Positions 37,890 through 46,106 are shown, counted from the stretch's first letter. The stretch is DNA of 64,000 bases from Candidatus Acidiferrum sp. (GCA_035566435.1 DATMRF010000011.1:26878-90877), one strand, 5' to 3'. Notes: generated by a model not told the origin, from the sequence alone. Numbers and translations: made by a program.

Positions 37890-37909
37890 TACCGGATTAC
37901 TCGACTACT

Positions 37910-39433
37910 TCAAAACGCGAGTTGGACGCGGGTGAACAGGGCATTTTCGGCCTCGCGTGTGACCAGAGCCGGGGCCGATGAGCCACTGCCGCCGCCGCCC
38001 TGGAAGGTGGTGTGAGAAAAGCTGGTCATGACTTTGACGTTGCGGTTGAGGTACCAGTTCAGACCGACCGACCATTCCTGAGCGGAGCGGGCGGACGTGG
38101 CGGGATCGGCGAAGAACGGGAAGACGGAATGGTCGATGTCCAACCGGGAGAAGCGAGCGACGAGCTGAAGGGCGCCCCAGGCGTGCTGACGTGGGTCAAA
38201 GTTCCGGCGGGGGATGACGGAGCCATAGGTGGCATCTTCGCCGGTGAGGACCCAGGAGCCAGTGACTTCCCAGCCGGTGTTTTGAAGGCGTCGGGAGTCG
38301 AACGGGGCGGTGCCAATGCGGCTGACACGCTGGTTGGAAATGACGTATTCACCGAGGAGACCGAAGGGGCCGAAATAGTAATAGCCTTGAGGTGAGACGC
38401 GCCAGTGCTCGCCACTAGCAACCACGGCGGCGTTGGTGGGATTGTAGGCAAAGAATTGCTGCTGGCCGACGGTGGCGTAACCGGGAAGGGACCCGCCGGT
38501 GGTGCTGGGCAAGGCGGCGGTGTTGGTACCCTGGATATCTTCGAAGCTGCCGGCGACACCGAAGCCAAAGCCTTGAAGGGCCGGCGCGGCGGATTTTTTG
38601 AACGGCTGGAACATGAGGCGTCCCATGAAGGCCTTATCGTCTTCAAAATCGGCATTGTTGGAAAGGCGGGCGTCGCCGACGCCATTGAAGATGCCGGCGG
38701 CGTAGGTGGCGACGCCGCCGAGGAGGTCGCCGTGCAATTCGAAACCGATGTCGCGGTTGGGCACGAGGCCGGTGGGCAAGGCGCGTTCGTTAAAGAGGAG
38801 GTCGCGGTCGGCCTGCAACTGTTCGAGCCCGACGGGCCCCTTGAATTTGCCGGCCTGGAGCTGCAAGGCGTCGTTGTAGCGGTAGTTGAGGTAGGCGTCA
38901 AAGATTTGGGCGCCGCCGGTGCCGCCAAAGTCGGGGACGAACAGGAAATCGAAATCGCGGAAAACGGTTCCCTGGAGGACGGGCCGGGCCCGGCGGAGCA
39001 GGAAGGAATCATTGCCGGTGATGCCGGCGTCGTCGAAGAAGGTGCGGGAGTCGATCTGGAGGACCCCTTTGAACTGGACGCCGAAGTTGCCGTTGGCTGA
39101 GGCAAAGGAAAAGCCCTGGTCGCCGACAGAGATTTTTGGCGCTACGCTGGCGCGGGCCTGGGCTGCCTCATCATCGAGCTCGCGCTGATGCTGAAGGATT
39201 TTGACCTGCTGGTCGAGTTGCTCGAGGCGTTGTTTTTCGGCAGCGTCGTTGGTGGCCGGCGGTGGCGGTGGTTTGGCGCCTTCGAGCGTTTTCACCTTCT
39301 GTTCCAGCTCATCAATGCGGTGTTGGAGCTGCTTGATAAGCTCGAGTGTGTTGGTGTCCTGGGCCATGGCGCAGGACGCGCCGAGCCGCAAGGCGAGGAG
39401 GGCCCCCGCCAGGATGATTCCGTATCGTTTCAT
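37910..39433 (-). CDS. OprO/OprP-family anion-selective porin
   Basis: Signal peptide and N-terminal coiled coil, then FLLRRARPVLQGTVF...FDAYLNYRY...LQAGKFKGPVGLEQL matching the Porin_O_P signature. Confidence 0.75.
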   Translation of the reverse strand: MKRYGIILAGALLALRLGASCAMAQDTNTLELIKQLQHRIDELEQKVKTLEGAKPPPPPATNDAAEKQRLEQLDQQVKILQHQRELDDEAAQARASVAPKISVGDQGFSFASANGNFGVQFKGVLQIDSRTFFDDAGITGNDSFLLRRARPVLQGTVFRDFDFLFVPDFGGTGGAQIFDAYLNYRYNDALQLQAGKFKGPVGLEQLQADRDLLFNERALPTGLVPNRDIGFELHGDLLGGVATYAAGIFNGVGDARLSNNADFEDDKAFMGRLMFQPFKKSAAPALQGFGFGVAGSFEDIQGTNTAALPSTTGGSLPGYATVGQQQFFAYNPTNAAVVASGEHWRVSPQGYYYFGPFGLLGEYVISNQRVSRIGTAPFDSRRLQNTGWEVTGSWVLTGEDATYGSVIPRRNFDPRQHAWGALQLVARFSRLDIDHSVFPFFADPATSARSAQEWSVGLNWYLNRNVKVMTSFSHTTFQGGGGSGSSAPALVTREAENALFTRVQLAF

Positions 39434-39491
39434 TTGCGTGTTTCCTATGTTGGCTGCCTCGGGTTTTCAGGTCGGCGCACTGGTTCAGGGG

Positions 39492-39692
39492 TTAGGCCCC
39501 CAGGTTTCTGGCGGGCAATTGAGTGTTCGGTTGGAATCTTGGTTTTTCGGTCTTTTCGATATGAACAACCCTGGATTCGTGGACGGTAATTTCGACGAGA
39601 CCGAAGCGCAATGAGGAAACCTGGTCGCTGACCAGTGCTAGCCAGCCGGGTCGGTCTTCGTCTGAGTCGAGCTGTTGATCGTGGTTTTTCAT
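39492..39692 (-). CDS. YezD (DUF2292)-like small protein
   Basis: LRFGLVEITVHESRVVHIEKTEKPRF matches the YezD core (fG.v.i.vhdg.vv.ie..ek.r). First gene of the sulfate operon. ATG at 39722 is a longer alternative. Confidence 0.55.
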   Translation of the reverse strand: MKNHDQQLDSDEDRPGWLALVSDQVSSLRFGLVEITVHESRVVHIEKTEKPRFQPNTQLPARNLGA

Positions 39693-39717
39693 CGGTTTTA
39701 TGCCAAATCTGGACGCA

Positions 39718-39745
39718 ACCATAACGAAATACTACAGTATGTCAA
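39718..39745 (-). promoter_or_regulatory. Putative sigma70-type promoter of the yezD-porin-sbp-cysTWA operon
   Basis: On the minus strand: TTGACA (39745-39740), 16-nt spacer, TATGGT (39723-39718). Sits in the only AT-rich island of the window. Confidence 0.35.
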
Positions 39746-39805
39746 TAGAGATCATAATATATATGTACAAATGGCTATCCGTAAACAAGTAACATGCTGT
39801 TTTTG

Positions 39806-39815
39806 AATGTACATT
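39806..39815. promoter_or_regulatory. Perfect 10-bp palindrome AATGTACATT, candidate Rrf2 operator
   Basis: Perfect palindrome. A second TGTACA core lies at 39764-39769, 44 bp away centre to centre. Both lie between the divergent rrf2 and sulfate operon starts. Confidence 0.3.
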
Positions 39816-39894
39816 GCTACGTTTTTGGATCAGATCGCCTAGTGACTTTGGGCAACCCGGACGTTGCGGCGGATCGAAGACCTGGCTGCCATTC

Positions 39895-39922
39895 TTGACT
39901 GTATTTGTCGAGATTCTATAGT
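39895..39922 (+). promoter_or_regulatory. Putative sigma70-type promoter of the rrf2 gene
   Basis: TTGACT (39895-39900), 16-nt spacer, TATAGT (39917-39922). The ATG is at 39932, so the transcript would be nearly leaderless. Confidence 0.3.
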
Positions 39923-39931
39923 TGGGAGGTT

Positions 39932-40393
39932 ATGAAACTTTCGTTGCGTGGGGAGTATGCTTTGAGGGCATTGCTGGTTCTGGGTTTGAAGTATGGGGAG
40001 CCAGTCGTTCGGATCCAGGCGATATCGGAGCATCAGAACATTCCGAAACGTTTCCTGGAGCAAATCTTATACGACCTGAAATCCGCAGGCGTGGTCCAAA
40101 GCCGACGGGGGGTTTCCGGAGGTTATCGTCTGGCGCGGCGGCCGGAGGAGATCACGCTGGCGGAGGTGGTGCGGCATATCGAGGGGGCGCTGGCGCCAGT
40201 GAGCTGCGTGAGTGAGCGTTTTTATGAGAAGTGCTCGTGTCCGGACGAGGAGCGCTGTGCGATTCGGAGCGTGATGAAGGAGATTCGGGAAGCGATCGTG
40301 AAGATTGCAGAGCGGGTGACGATTGCCGAGCTGTGCGAACGGTGGCGGAAGTTGCAGCAGACGCCGGCGGACGTGGCGGATTTTGTAATCTGA
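39932..40393 (+). CDS. Rrf2-family transcriptional regulator
   Basis: MKLSLRGEYALRALLVLG, wHTH segment IPKRFLEQILYDLKSAGVV..RG..GGYRLAR, and cysteines C..C..C in the C-terminal half. Confidence 0.85.
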   Translation: MKLSLRGEYALRALLVLGLKYGEPVVRIQAISEHQNIPKRFLEQILYDLKSAGVVQSRRGVSGGYRLARRPEEITLAEVVRHIEGALAPVSCVSERFYEKCSCPDEERCAIRSVMKEIREAIVKIAERVTIAELCERWRKLQQTPADVADFVI

Positions 40394-40421
40394 AGGCTGA
40401 AGGCGGAGTGGGACGGGGGGC

Positions 40422-40520
40422 GGGGGGTGGATTGATGGATTAGTGGATGGGTGGATTGTTGGAGTGATGGAGTGGTGGAGTGAGGCGTGGAACGTGAAAA
40501 ACCTGAAAACTTGAAACCTG
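40422..40520. repeat. C-free octamer array (TGGANNNN) followed by NNTGAAAA words between rrf2 and polX 3' ends
   Basis: GTGGATTGA TGGATTAG TGGATGGG TGGATTGT TGGAGTGA TGGAGTGG TGGAGTGAGG, then CGTGGAA CGTGAAAAA CCTGAAAA CTTGAAA CCTG. There is no C on the plus strand from 40422 to 40485. Confidence 0.7.
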
Positions 40521-40533
40521 CACGGTTCAACCG

Positions 40534-42288
40534 TCAGCGCGCGCGTTTGCGGCGGAGTTCTTTCATGAGGTTGTCGAGGGGGAGGGTGTTGATGACGTCG
40601 TCTTTGGTGAGCCAGCCTTTGCGGGCGATGCCGGCGCCGAGGCGGAGGAAGCCGGCGTGTTCGAGGCGATGGGCGTCGCAGTTGATAACGCATTTGACGC
40701 CTTTGGATTTGGCATAGGGCCAGAGGCGCCAGTCCAGGTCGAAGCGGAGGGGGCTGGCGTTGAGCTCAATCCAGGTGCCAGTCTCGGCGCAGGCATCGAT
40801 GACGGCGCGCTGGTTGACTTTGTAGGGCTCGCGTTCGAGGAGCAATCGACCGGTGAGGTGGCCGAGCATGTGGACGTAAGGGTTTTGGGCGACGCCGATC
40901 AGGCGTCTGGTGGTCTCGGCTTCGGATTGGCTGAAACTCTGGTGGATGCTGGCGACGACGACGTCGAGTTCGGCGAGGAGGTCGTCGGGGAAATCGAGTT
41001 TGCCGTCTTTGAGGATATCGACCTCGGTGCCGGTGAGCAGGCGGAAGGGGGTGCCTTCGGCGGCCAAGAAGTCGTTGAGCTGTTTGATTTCTTTGAGCTG
41101 CTTTCGGACGCGGGTGGGGTCGAGGCCGTCGGCCTGGAAGGAAGCTTTGGAGTGGTCGGTGATTCCCCAATAAGCGAGGCCGAGGTTGCGCATGGAAGCG
41201 GCGATGTCGGCGGGGGTCTGGTGGCCATCGCTCCAGGTGGAGTGGTTGTGGAGTGAGCCCTTGAGGTCGGTCCATTCGAGCAGGCGGGGGAGGGGGCCTT
41301 TTTCGGCGAGGGGGATTTCGCCCATGTCTTCGCGCATCTCGGGCGGGATGGGGTGGAGGCCGAGTTCCTGGAAGATATCGTCCTCGGTTTTGCACCGGAC
41401 GAGGAGTTTGGGGTCGCGGGTCTCGGTGTGGGAGCGGAACAGGCCGTATTCGTTGAGGCGGAGGCCGCGGTCGATGGCGCGCTGGCGCATGACGATGTTG
41501 TGTTCCTTGCTGCCGGTGAAGTACATCAGGGCGAAGGGGAATTCGGCGTCGGAGACGACGCGGAGGTCGGACTGGATGCCGCCCTGGAGGAGGATGCTGG
41601 CCTTGGTTTCGCCTTTGGCGATGACGTTCAGGATTCCCGGCTGGCCGGCGAAAAAGTCGAGCACCGCGGCGGGTTTTTTCGAGGAGGCGAGCAAGTCGAT
41701 ATCGCCGATGATTTCGCGATGGCGGCGGAGGCTGCCGGCGGCGCTGCAGCGGATGACGTCGGGGTGGGAACGGAGGGCGTCGAGAAGGGTCTCGGCGATG
41801 GGGATGGCCTCGCTGACGAGGTGTTTGGCGGCGTAAGAGCGGCGGCGGTTGATGCCGTCGAGGATGTTGGTCTGGGTTTTTTCGCCGAAGCCTTTCAGTT
41901 TGGCGACTTTATCGGCGTGGCAGGCGGCTTCGAGCTGCTCAATGGTTTCGATGCCCAGTTCGTCGTGGAGCGCTTTGATTTTCTTGGGGCCAAGCCCGGG
42001 GATTTCGAGCATGAGGACCAGGCCGGGCGGGGTGGCGGCTTTGAGCTCTTCGTAATAGACGAGTTTCCCGCAGGAGAGGAGTTCGAGGATTTTTTTCTGG
42101 ATGGATTCGCCGATGCCTTTGACTTCGCCGAGGCGCTGTTCGGTGATGAGTTTGTCGAGCGGTTCGCTGAGGGTTTCGAGGGCGTGGGCGGCGTTGAGGT
42201 AGGCGCGCGATTTGAAAGGGTTCTCCCCCTTCAACTCGAGCAGCGTGGCGATGTTGTTAAAAACCTGAACGATCTGGTCCTTGTCCAT
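40534..42288 (-). CDS. polX: Family X DNA polymerase with PHP domain
   Basis: HhH motifs (IPGLGPKKI, GFGEKT), nucleotidyltransferase motif GSLRRHREIIGDIDLL and PHP domain LHNHSTWSDG. ATG at 42288; the upstream 31 codons of the ORF run through a repeat array. Confidence 0.85.
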   Translation of the reverse strand: MDKDQIVQVFNNIATLLELKGENPFKSRAYLNAAHALETLSEPLDKLITEQRLGEVKGIGESIQKKILELLSCGKLVYYEELKAATPPGLVLMLEIPGLGPKKIKALHDELGIETIEQLEAACHADKVAKLKGFGEKTQTNILDGINRRRSYAAKHLVSEAIPIAETLLDALRSHPDVIRCSAAGSLRRHREIIGDIDLLASSKKPAAVLDFFAGQPGILNVIAKGETKASILLQGGIQSDLRVVSDAEFPFALMYFTGSKEHNIVMRQRAIDRGLRLNEYGLFRSHTETRDPKLLVRCKTEDDIFQELGLHPIPPEMREDMGEIPLAEKGPLPRLLEWTDLKGSLHNHSTWSDGHQTPADIAASMRNLGLAYWGITDHSKASFQADGLDPTRVRKQLKEIKQLNDFLAAEGTPFRLLTGTEVDILKDGKLDFPDDLLAELDVVVASIHQSFSQSEAETTRRLIGVAQNPYVHMLGHLTGRLLLEREPYKVNQRAVIDACAETGTWIELNASPLRFDLDWRLWPYAKSKGVKCVINCDAHRLEHAGFLRLGAGIARKGWLTKDDVINTLPLDNLMKELRRKRAR

Positions 42289-42302
42289 ACGGACGGAAGA
42301 TA

Positions 42303-42400
42303 AAGTCCCAAGTCTCAAGTCCCAAGTCCAAAGTCGAACGTTCAAAGTCCACAGGCAACCGGCCGAAGTTTCAAGTTTCAAGTCTCAGGTCTCAGTTCCG
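42303..42400. repeat. 98-nt block in strict 7-nt register (AAGTCCC family), polX/thiD divergent spacer
   Basis: AAGTCCC AAGTCTC AAGTCCC AAGTCCA AAGTCGA ACGTTCA AAGTCCA, then a 14-nt linker, then AAGTTTC AAGTTTC AAGTCTC AGGTCTC AGTTCCG. Confidence 0.8.
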
Positions 42401-42452
42401 AGGCCGGGAGCGGGTTTTGCCATTGGGGCAACAGATGATTAGACTGGGGGCG

Positions 42453-43241
42453 ATGAAACGCTTCGAGCGGATCCCTTGTGTTTTGACGATTGCCGGTTCG
42501 GATAGCGGCGGGGGCGCGGGCATTCAGGCGGACCTGAAAGTGTTCGCCGCGCTAGGGGTCCACGGAACCAGCGCCATCACGTGCATCACGGCACAGAACC
42601 CGAGGCGGGTGCTGAGCATCGAGGCGTGCAGTGTCCCGATGGTGACAAGCCAACTCGAGGCGGCGTTCAGCGAGTTGAGGCCCGCCGCAGTCAAGACCGG
42701 CATGCTGTATTCGGGGGCGATCATCGAGGCGGTGGCGGAGTTTCTCAAAGAGCGCCGCGTGCCGGTAGTGGTGGACCCGGTTATGGTATCGACGAGCGGC
42801 GCGAGGCTGTTGAAGCCCGCGGCGATAAACACTCTTTGCGAGGAGTTGATGCCGCGGGCGCTGCTGGTCACACCTAACCTGCACGAGGCTGAGATTTTGA
42901 CCGGCAAAAAGCCGAGATCGGTCGAGGGACTGCGGCGGGCGGCGCGCGAGTTGCATCGGCGGTTTGGTTGCGCGGCGCTGGTCAAGGGCGGGCACCTGCG
43001 GGGGTTGAGGGAAGCGGTGGATATTTTTTACGATGGCCGTCAGGAGCTGTTGCTGAGCGCGCCGTTCGTCAGGGGCGTCAGCACGCACGGGACGGGCTGC
43101 ACGTATTCGGCGGCAATTGCGGGATACCTGGCGCGGGGATTGTCGCTACCGTTGGCGGTGCAGCGCGCCAAGGAATACATCACACGGGCTATCGCACGGA
43201 GCCGGATGGTCGCCCGGCATGGCGTGCTGGGCCAGGGGTGA
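42453..43241 (+). CDS. thiD: Hydroxymethylpyrimidine/phosphomethylpyrimidine kinase
   Basis: VLTIAGSDSGGGAGIQADLK, VVVDPVM and GTGCTYSAAIA. Confidence 0.85.
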   Translation: MKRFERIPCVLTIAGSDSGGGAGIQADLKVFAALGVHGTSAITCITAQNPRRVLSIEACSVPMVTSQLEAAFSELRPAAVKTGMLYSGAIIEAVAEFLKERRVPVVVDPVMVSTSGARLLKPAAINTLCEELMPRALLVTPNLHEAEILTGKKPRSVEGLRRAARELHRRFGCAALVKGGHLRGLREAVDIFYDGRQELLLSAPFVRGVSTHGTGCTYSAAIAGYLARGLSLPLAVQRAKEYITRAIARSRMVARHGVLGQG

Positions 43242-43261
43242 TTTGAGCACAAACGCACAAT

Positions 43262-43379
43262 GGGGCGGGGACGGCCACGTCCCCGCGGGTCACTGCCCGC
43301 ATTGAGAATCTCACAGGGACGTGGCCGTCCCCGCCCCAAGCGGGCACGGGATTCACGGGGACGTGGCTGTCCGCGCCCC
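43262..43379. repeat. REP-like GC-rich palindromic element (two inverted copies + a third degenerate copy)
   Basis: GGGGCGGGGACGGCCACGTCCC (43262-43283) is the perfect reverse complement of 43316-43337. A third copy GGGGACGTGGCTGTCCGCGCCCC lies at 43357-43379. Located between thiD and aroK. Confidence 0.7.
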
Positions 43380-43433
43380 GATGCTAAACGGTGTCCGGAG
43401 AATCTGCGTGCCAAGTGATGCTGGATGCGTTAA

Positions 43434-43982
43434 TTGGGAGTAGTGAGCGGTACACGTCCAATTCATAACCTTGCGTTGATTGGTTTCATGGGGACAGGCA
43501 AATCGTCCGTTGGCCGGATGGTAGCCAGCGCGCTGCATTTTGATTATCTGGATACCGACCAGGTGATTGAATTTCGAGCGCATAAAACGGTCAGTGAAAT
43601 TTTCGACAAGGACGGTGAGCCGGCTTTCCGCGACTGGGAACATCTCGTGGTCGAAGAGTTGACGCATCGGAAGAAGACCGTGATTTCGACCGGAGGCGGG
43701 TTGCCGGCGAACGAGGCGAACCTCGCCAGCCTTAAGAGCCATGGACTGGTGGTCTGCTTGTGGGCGTCGCCGGAAACAATTTTCGAACGCGTGCGCGGCC
43801 ATGAGCATCGGCCGCTGCTCAACGATCCTGATCCGCTTGCAAAAATCCGCCAACTCCTCGCTGCGCGTGAGGCATATTACCGGCAGGCCGATGTGCTTGT
43901 GAACACGGAGATGCGGTCCGTGCGGGAAGTCGCGACGCAGGTGATCCACCAGTTTCACATGGCGCAAGCAGCCCATCGATGA
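43434..43982 (+). CDS. aroK: Shikimate kinase
   Basis: LIGFMGTGKSSVGR and STGGG; 182 aa. TTG start (GTG at 43443 is an alternative). The stop overlaps the queG ATG (ATGA). Confidence 0.85.
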   Translation: MGVVSGTRPIHNLALIGFMGTGKSSVGRMVASALHFDYLDTDQVIEFRAHKTVSEIFDKDGEPAFRDWEHLVVEELTHRKKTVISTGGGLPANEANLASLKSHGLVVCLWASPETIFERVRGHEHRPLLNDPDPLAKIRQLLAAREAYYRQADVLVNTEMRSVREVATQVIHQFHMAQAAHR

Positions 43983-45109
43983 AAGAGGCGATTCGGCGCC
44001 GAGCGCGGGAATTGGGGTTTGATGATTGCCGGGTCACCACAGCGGAGCGGCCAGGTTCTGCCCAGCAATTCGAGCGCTGGCTGGCCGAAGGCCAACATGG
44101 GGAGATGGGCTATCTGGAACGCAACGCGGTCAAACGCGTGGCCCCGGGTCAAGTGCTCGCCGGCGCGAAAAGTATCATTACGCTGGCGGTGAGCTACGCG
44201 GGGACGGAGCCTCAAGTTGCAAGCTTCAAGTTCCAAGTTCCAAGTCCCAAGTCCCCGGAACACGCGACACGCAACACGCATTACGGTCCTTTGGGGCGCG
44301 GAGTGGTGGCGCGGTATGCGCGGTATCGGGATTACCATGAGGTGATGGGTGAGCGATTGAGGGAACTAAGGCGGTTTGTCGACCAAGTTGGCGGGGAAGG
44401 GACCCGGTCACTGTGGTATGTGGATACCGGGCCGCTGTTGGAACGCGATTTGGCGCAACGGGCGGGGTTGGGGTTTGTTGGCAAACACACGAACCTGATC
44501 AGCCGTCAGCTTGGCAACTGGATTTTTCTGGCAGAGATTCTGACGACGCTGGAACTGGAGCCAGACCTGCCGGAGAAGAACCGGTGCGGTTCATGCACCC
44601 GGTGCCTGGAGGCGTGCCCGACCGGAGCGCTCCCCGCTCCCTTCCAGCTCGATGCCCGGCGCTGCATCTCCTATCTGACCATCGAGCTAAAAGGTCCAAT
44701 TCCAATCGAGCTTCGGCCGGCGATTGGAAACCGGATTTACGGCTGCGACGATTGCCTGGCGGCGTGTCCGTGGAACCGGTTCGCGCGCGAGGGTCGGATG
44801 ATGAAAGCCCACGCGCGAACGGATTTGGCCGGGCCGGACCTGTTGGAATTACTTTCGATAGACGAAGCTGAGTTCAAACGGCGATTCGCTGGAACGCCGA
44901 TGGTTCGGGCCAAACGCCGCGGGTTGGTGCGGAACGTTTGCGTGGCTCTGGGCAATATCGGCGATGAGACGGCGCTGCCGGGCCTGGAACGAGCGGCGGG
45001 AGACCCCGAACCGTTGATTGCGGAGCACGCGCGGTGGGCGATGGAACGGATACGGGACCGGAAGGGGGCGGAGCGTGAAGCGTTGGAGCGTGACGGGGGA
45101 AGCCGTTAG
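43979..45109 (+). CDS. queG: Epoxyqueuosine reductase
   Basis: Two 4Fe-4S motifs CGSCTRCLEACPTGA and CDDCLAACPWN, plus C-terminal HEAT-like ALGN repeats. Carries an in-frame heptad-array insert at 44214-44283. Confidence 0.85.
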   Translation: MKEAIRRRARELGFDDCRVTTAERPGSAQQFERWLAEGQHGEMGYLERNAVKRVAPGQVLAGAKSIITLAVSYAGTEPQVASFKFQVPSPKSPEHATRNTHYGPLGRGVVARYARYRDYHEVMGERLRELRRFVDQVGGEGTRSLWYVDTGPLLERDLAQRAGLGFVGKHTNLISRQLGNWIFLAEILTTLELEPDLPEKNRCGSCTRCLEACPTGALPAPFQLDARRCISYLTIELKGPIPIELRPAIGNRIYGCDDCLAACPWNRFAREGRMMKAHARTDLAGPDLLELLSIDEAEFKRRFAGTPMVRAKRRGLVRNVCVALGNIGDETALPGLERAAGDPEPLIAEHARWAMERIRDRKGAEREALERDGGSR

Positions 45110-45137
45110 AGACGTTAAAAAGTGACGCTTCAAGACG

Positions 45138-46052
45138 CTAAGTTCTGCTGCGGTGGCGGCCAAAGAGTTGAGCGCGGGCGGCGGAGGTGATGGCAAGGAC
45201 TGCGGGGTGACGGAGTTTGCGTTCGGCGGTGATGGCGTAGAACTGCTCGCGGCAATCGGAGGTTCGACCCACGACCTGGAATCCGTAGCGGTTGACGGCT
45301 TCGTGGAGCGCGCAGGTGGGGAGCGCGAAGAAACCGAGGGCATCCGCGGCGGCGGTTTTCAGCAGCGCCGCGTCGTCGTATTCGGCGACGAGGCGGGGGC
45401 GAATCTGGCGGGTCTGGAACCAGTTTTCGAGGGACCGGCGCAGCGGGCTGGCTCCGGGAAGCAGGACGGGGGCCTGGTCGAGCGATTGGGGGAAACGACG
45501 GGCGAGTTTCGCGGCGAGCGAAGGTGCGGCGCAAAAGGTGACCCCGCATTCGCCGAGCAGATGGTTGAAGACCTTGACGTGGAGCGAGCTTGGAGCAGGC
45601 TCGTTCGCGAGGACGATATCGAGTCGGTAAACGCCGAGCTGTGCCAGCAAGTCGGCGGTTTTGCCCTCGACGCAGGCGGCCTGCACGGGCTGTTCGAGGC
45701 TGAAGATCGGCTTGATCAGTTCATGGGTGACCAGCTTGGGCAGCGAGTCGGCGATGCCGATGTGGACGCGCAAGGGCCGGCGGGTGGGCCGCTGTTTGAG
45801 TGCGAGCAGCAGTTCCTGGCCCAGCGCGAAAATGTCCTTCGCATAGCTGAAGGCCTGCTGGCCGGTTTCCGTCAGGCTGAGTCCGCGCGGGCTGCGGCGG
45901 AACAGTTTTTCACCGAGGGCATTTTCGAGAGCGGCGATCTGGGCCGAGATGGTCGGCTGCGAGACGCGCATTTTCTCCGCGGCCTTGCGCAAGCTGCCTT
46001 CCTGGGCGACGGTCCAGAAGTACCGCAGGTGGTGGTAGTTCAAAAAATCCAC
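45138..46052 (-). CDS. LysR-family transcriptional regulator
   Basis: HTH LRYFWTVAQEGSLRKAAEKMRVSQPTISAQIAALE with a LysR substrate-binding-type C-terminal domain. GTG start. Confidence 0.85.
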   Translation of the reverse strand: MDFLNYHHLRYFWTVAQEGSLRKAAEKMRVSQPTISAQIAALENALGEKLFRRSPRGLSLTETGQQAFSYAKDIFALGQELLLALKQRPTRRPLRVHIGIADSLPKLVTHELIKPIFSLEQPVQAACVEGKTADLLAQLGVYRLDIVLANEPAPSSLHVKVFNHLLGECGVTFCAAPSLAAKLARRFPQSLDQAPVLLPGASPLRRSLENWFQTRQIRPRLVAEYDDAALLKTAAADALGFFALPTCALHEAVNRYGFQVVGRTSDCREQFYAITAERKLRHPAVLAITSAARAQLFGRHRSRT

Positions 46053-46071
46053 GATGCCAGGGTATTTGGTT

Positions 46072-46106
46072 AAACCTAACAGCTCAATTTAAAAATCGTA
46101 TTAGGT
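46072..46106. promoter_or_regulatory. Inverted repeat AACCTAA-N21-TTAGGTT in the LysR/pckG divergent region
   Basis: Perfect 7-bp arms at 46072-46078 and 46100-46106 flanking an A/T-rich centre. Candidate LysR-type site. Confidence 0.25.

Noticed and set aside
40410-40430. Canonical G-quadruplex motif in the G-rich block.
   Set aside because: Two G6 runs and a G3 run are present. However, I cannot place four G3 tracts each separated by loops of at least 1 nt without using a G2 tract. The call is borderline, so it is only mentioned as G-rich.
40067-40693. 208-aa P/R-rich minus-strand ORF spanning the rrf2 gene and the octamer array.
   Set aside because: It is antisense to a well-supported Rrf2 gene, and its low-complexity sequence is derived from repeat DNA.
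42289-42381. N-terminal 31-codon extension of polX (MKLETSAGCLWTLNVRLWTWDLRLGTLSSVR).
   Set aside because: It is encoded entirely by the heptad array. The conserved PolX N-terminus begins at MDKDQIVQVF (ATG at 42288).
42289-42452. TPP riboswitch upstream of thiD.
   Set aside because: The conserved CUGAGA and ACCUGAUCUGGAUAAUGCCAGCG-type elements are not visible. The region is occupied by the heptad array instead.
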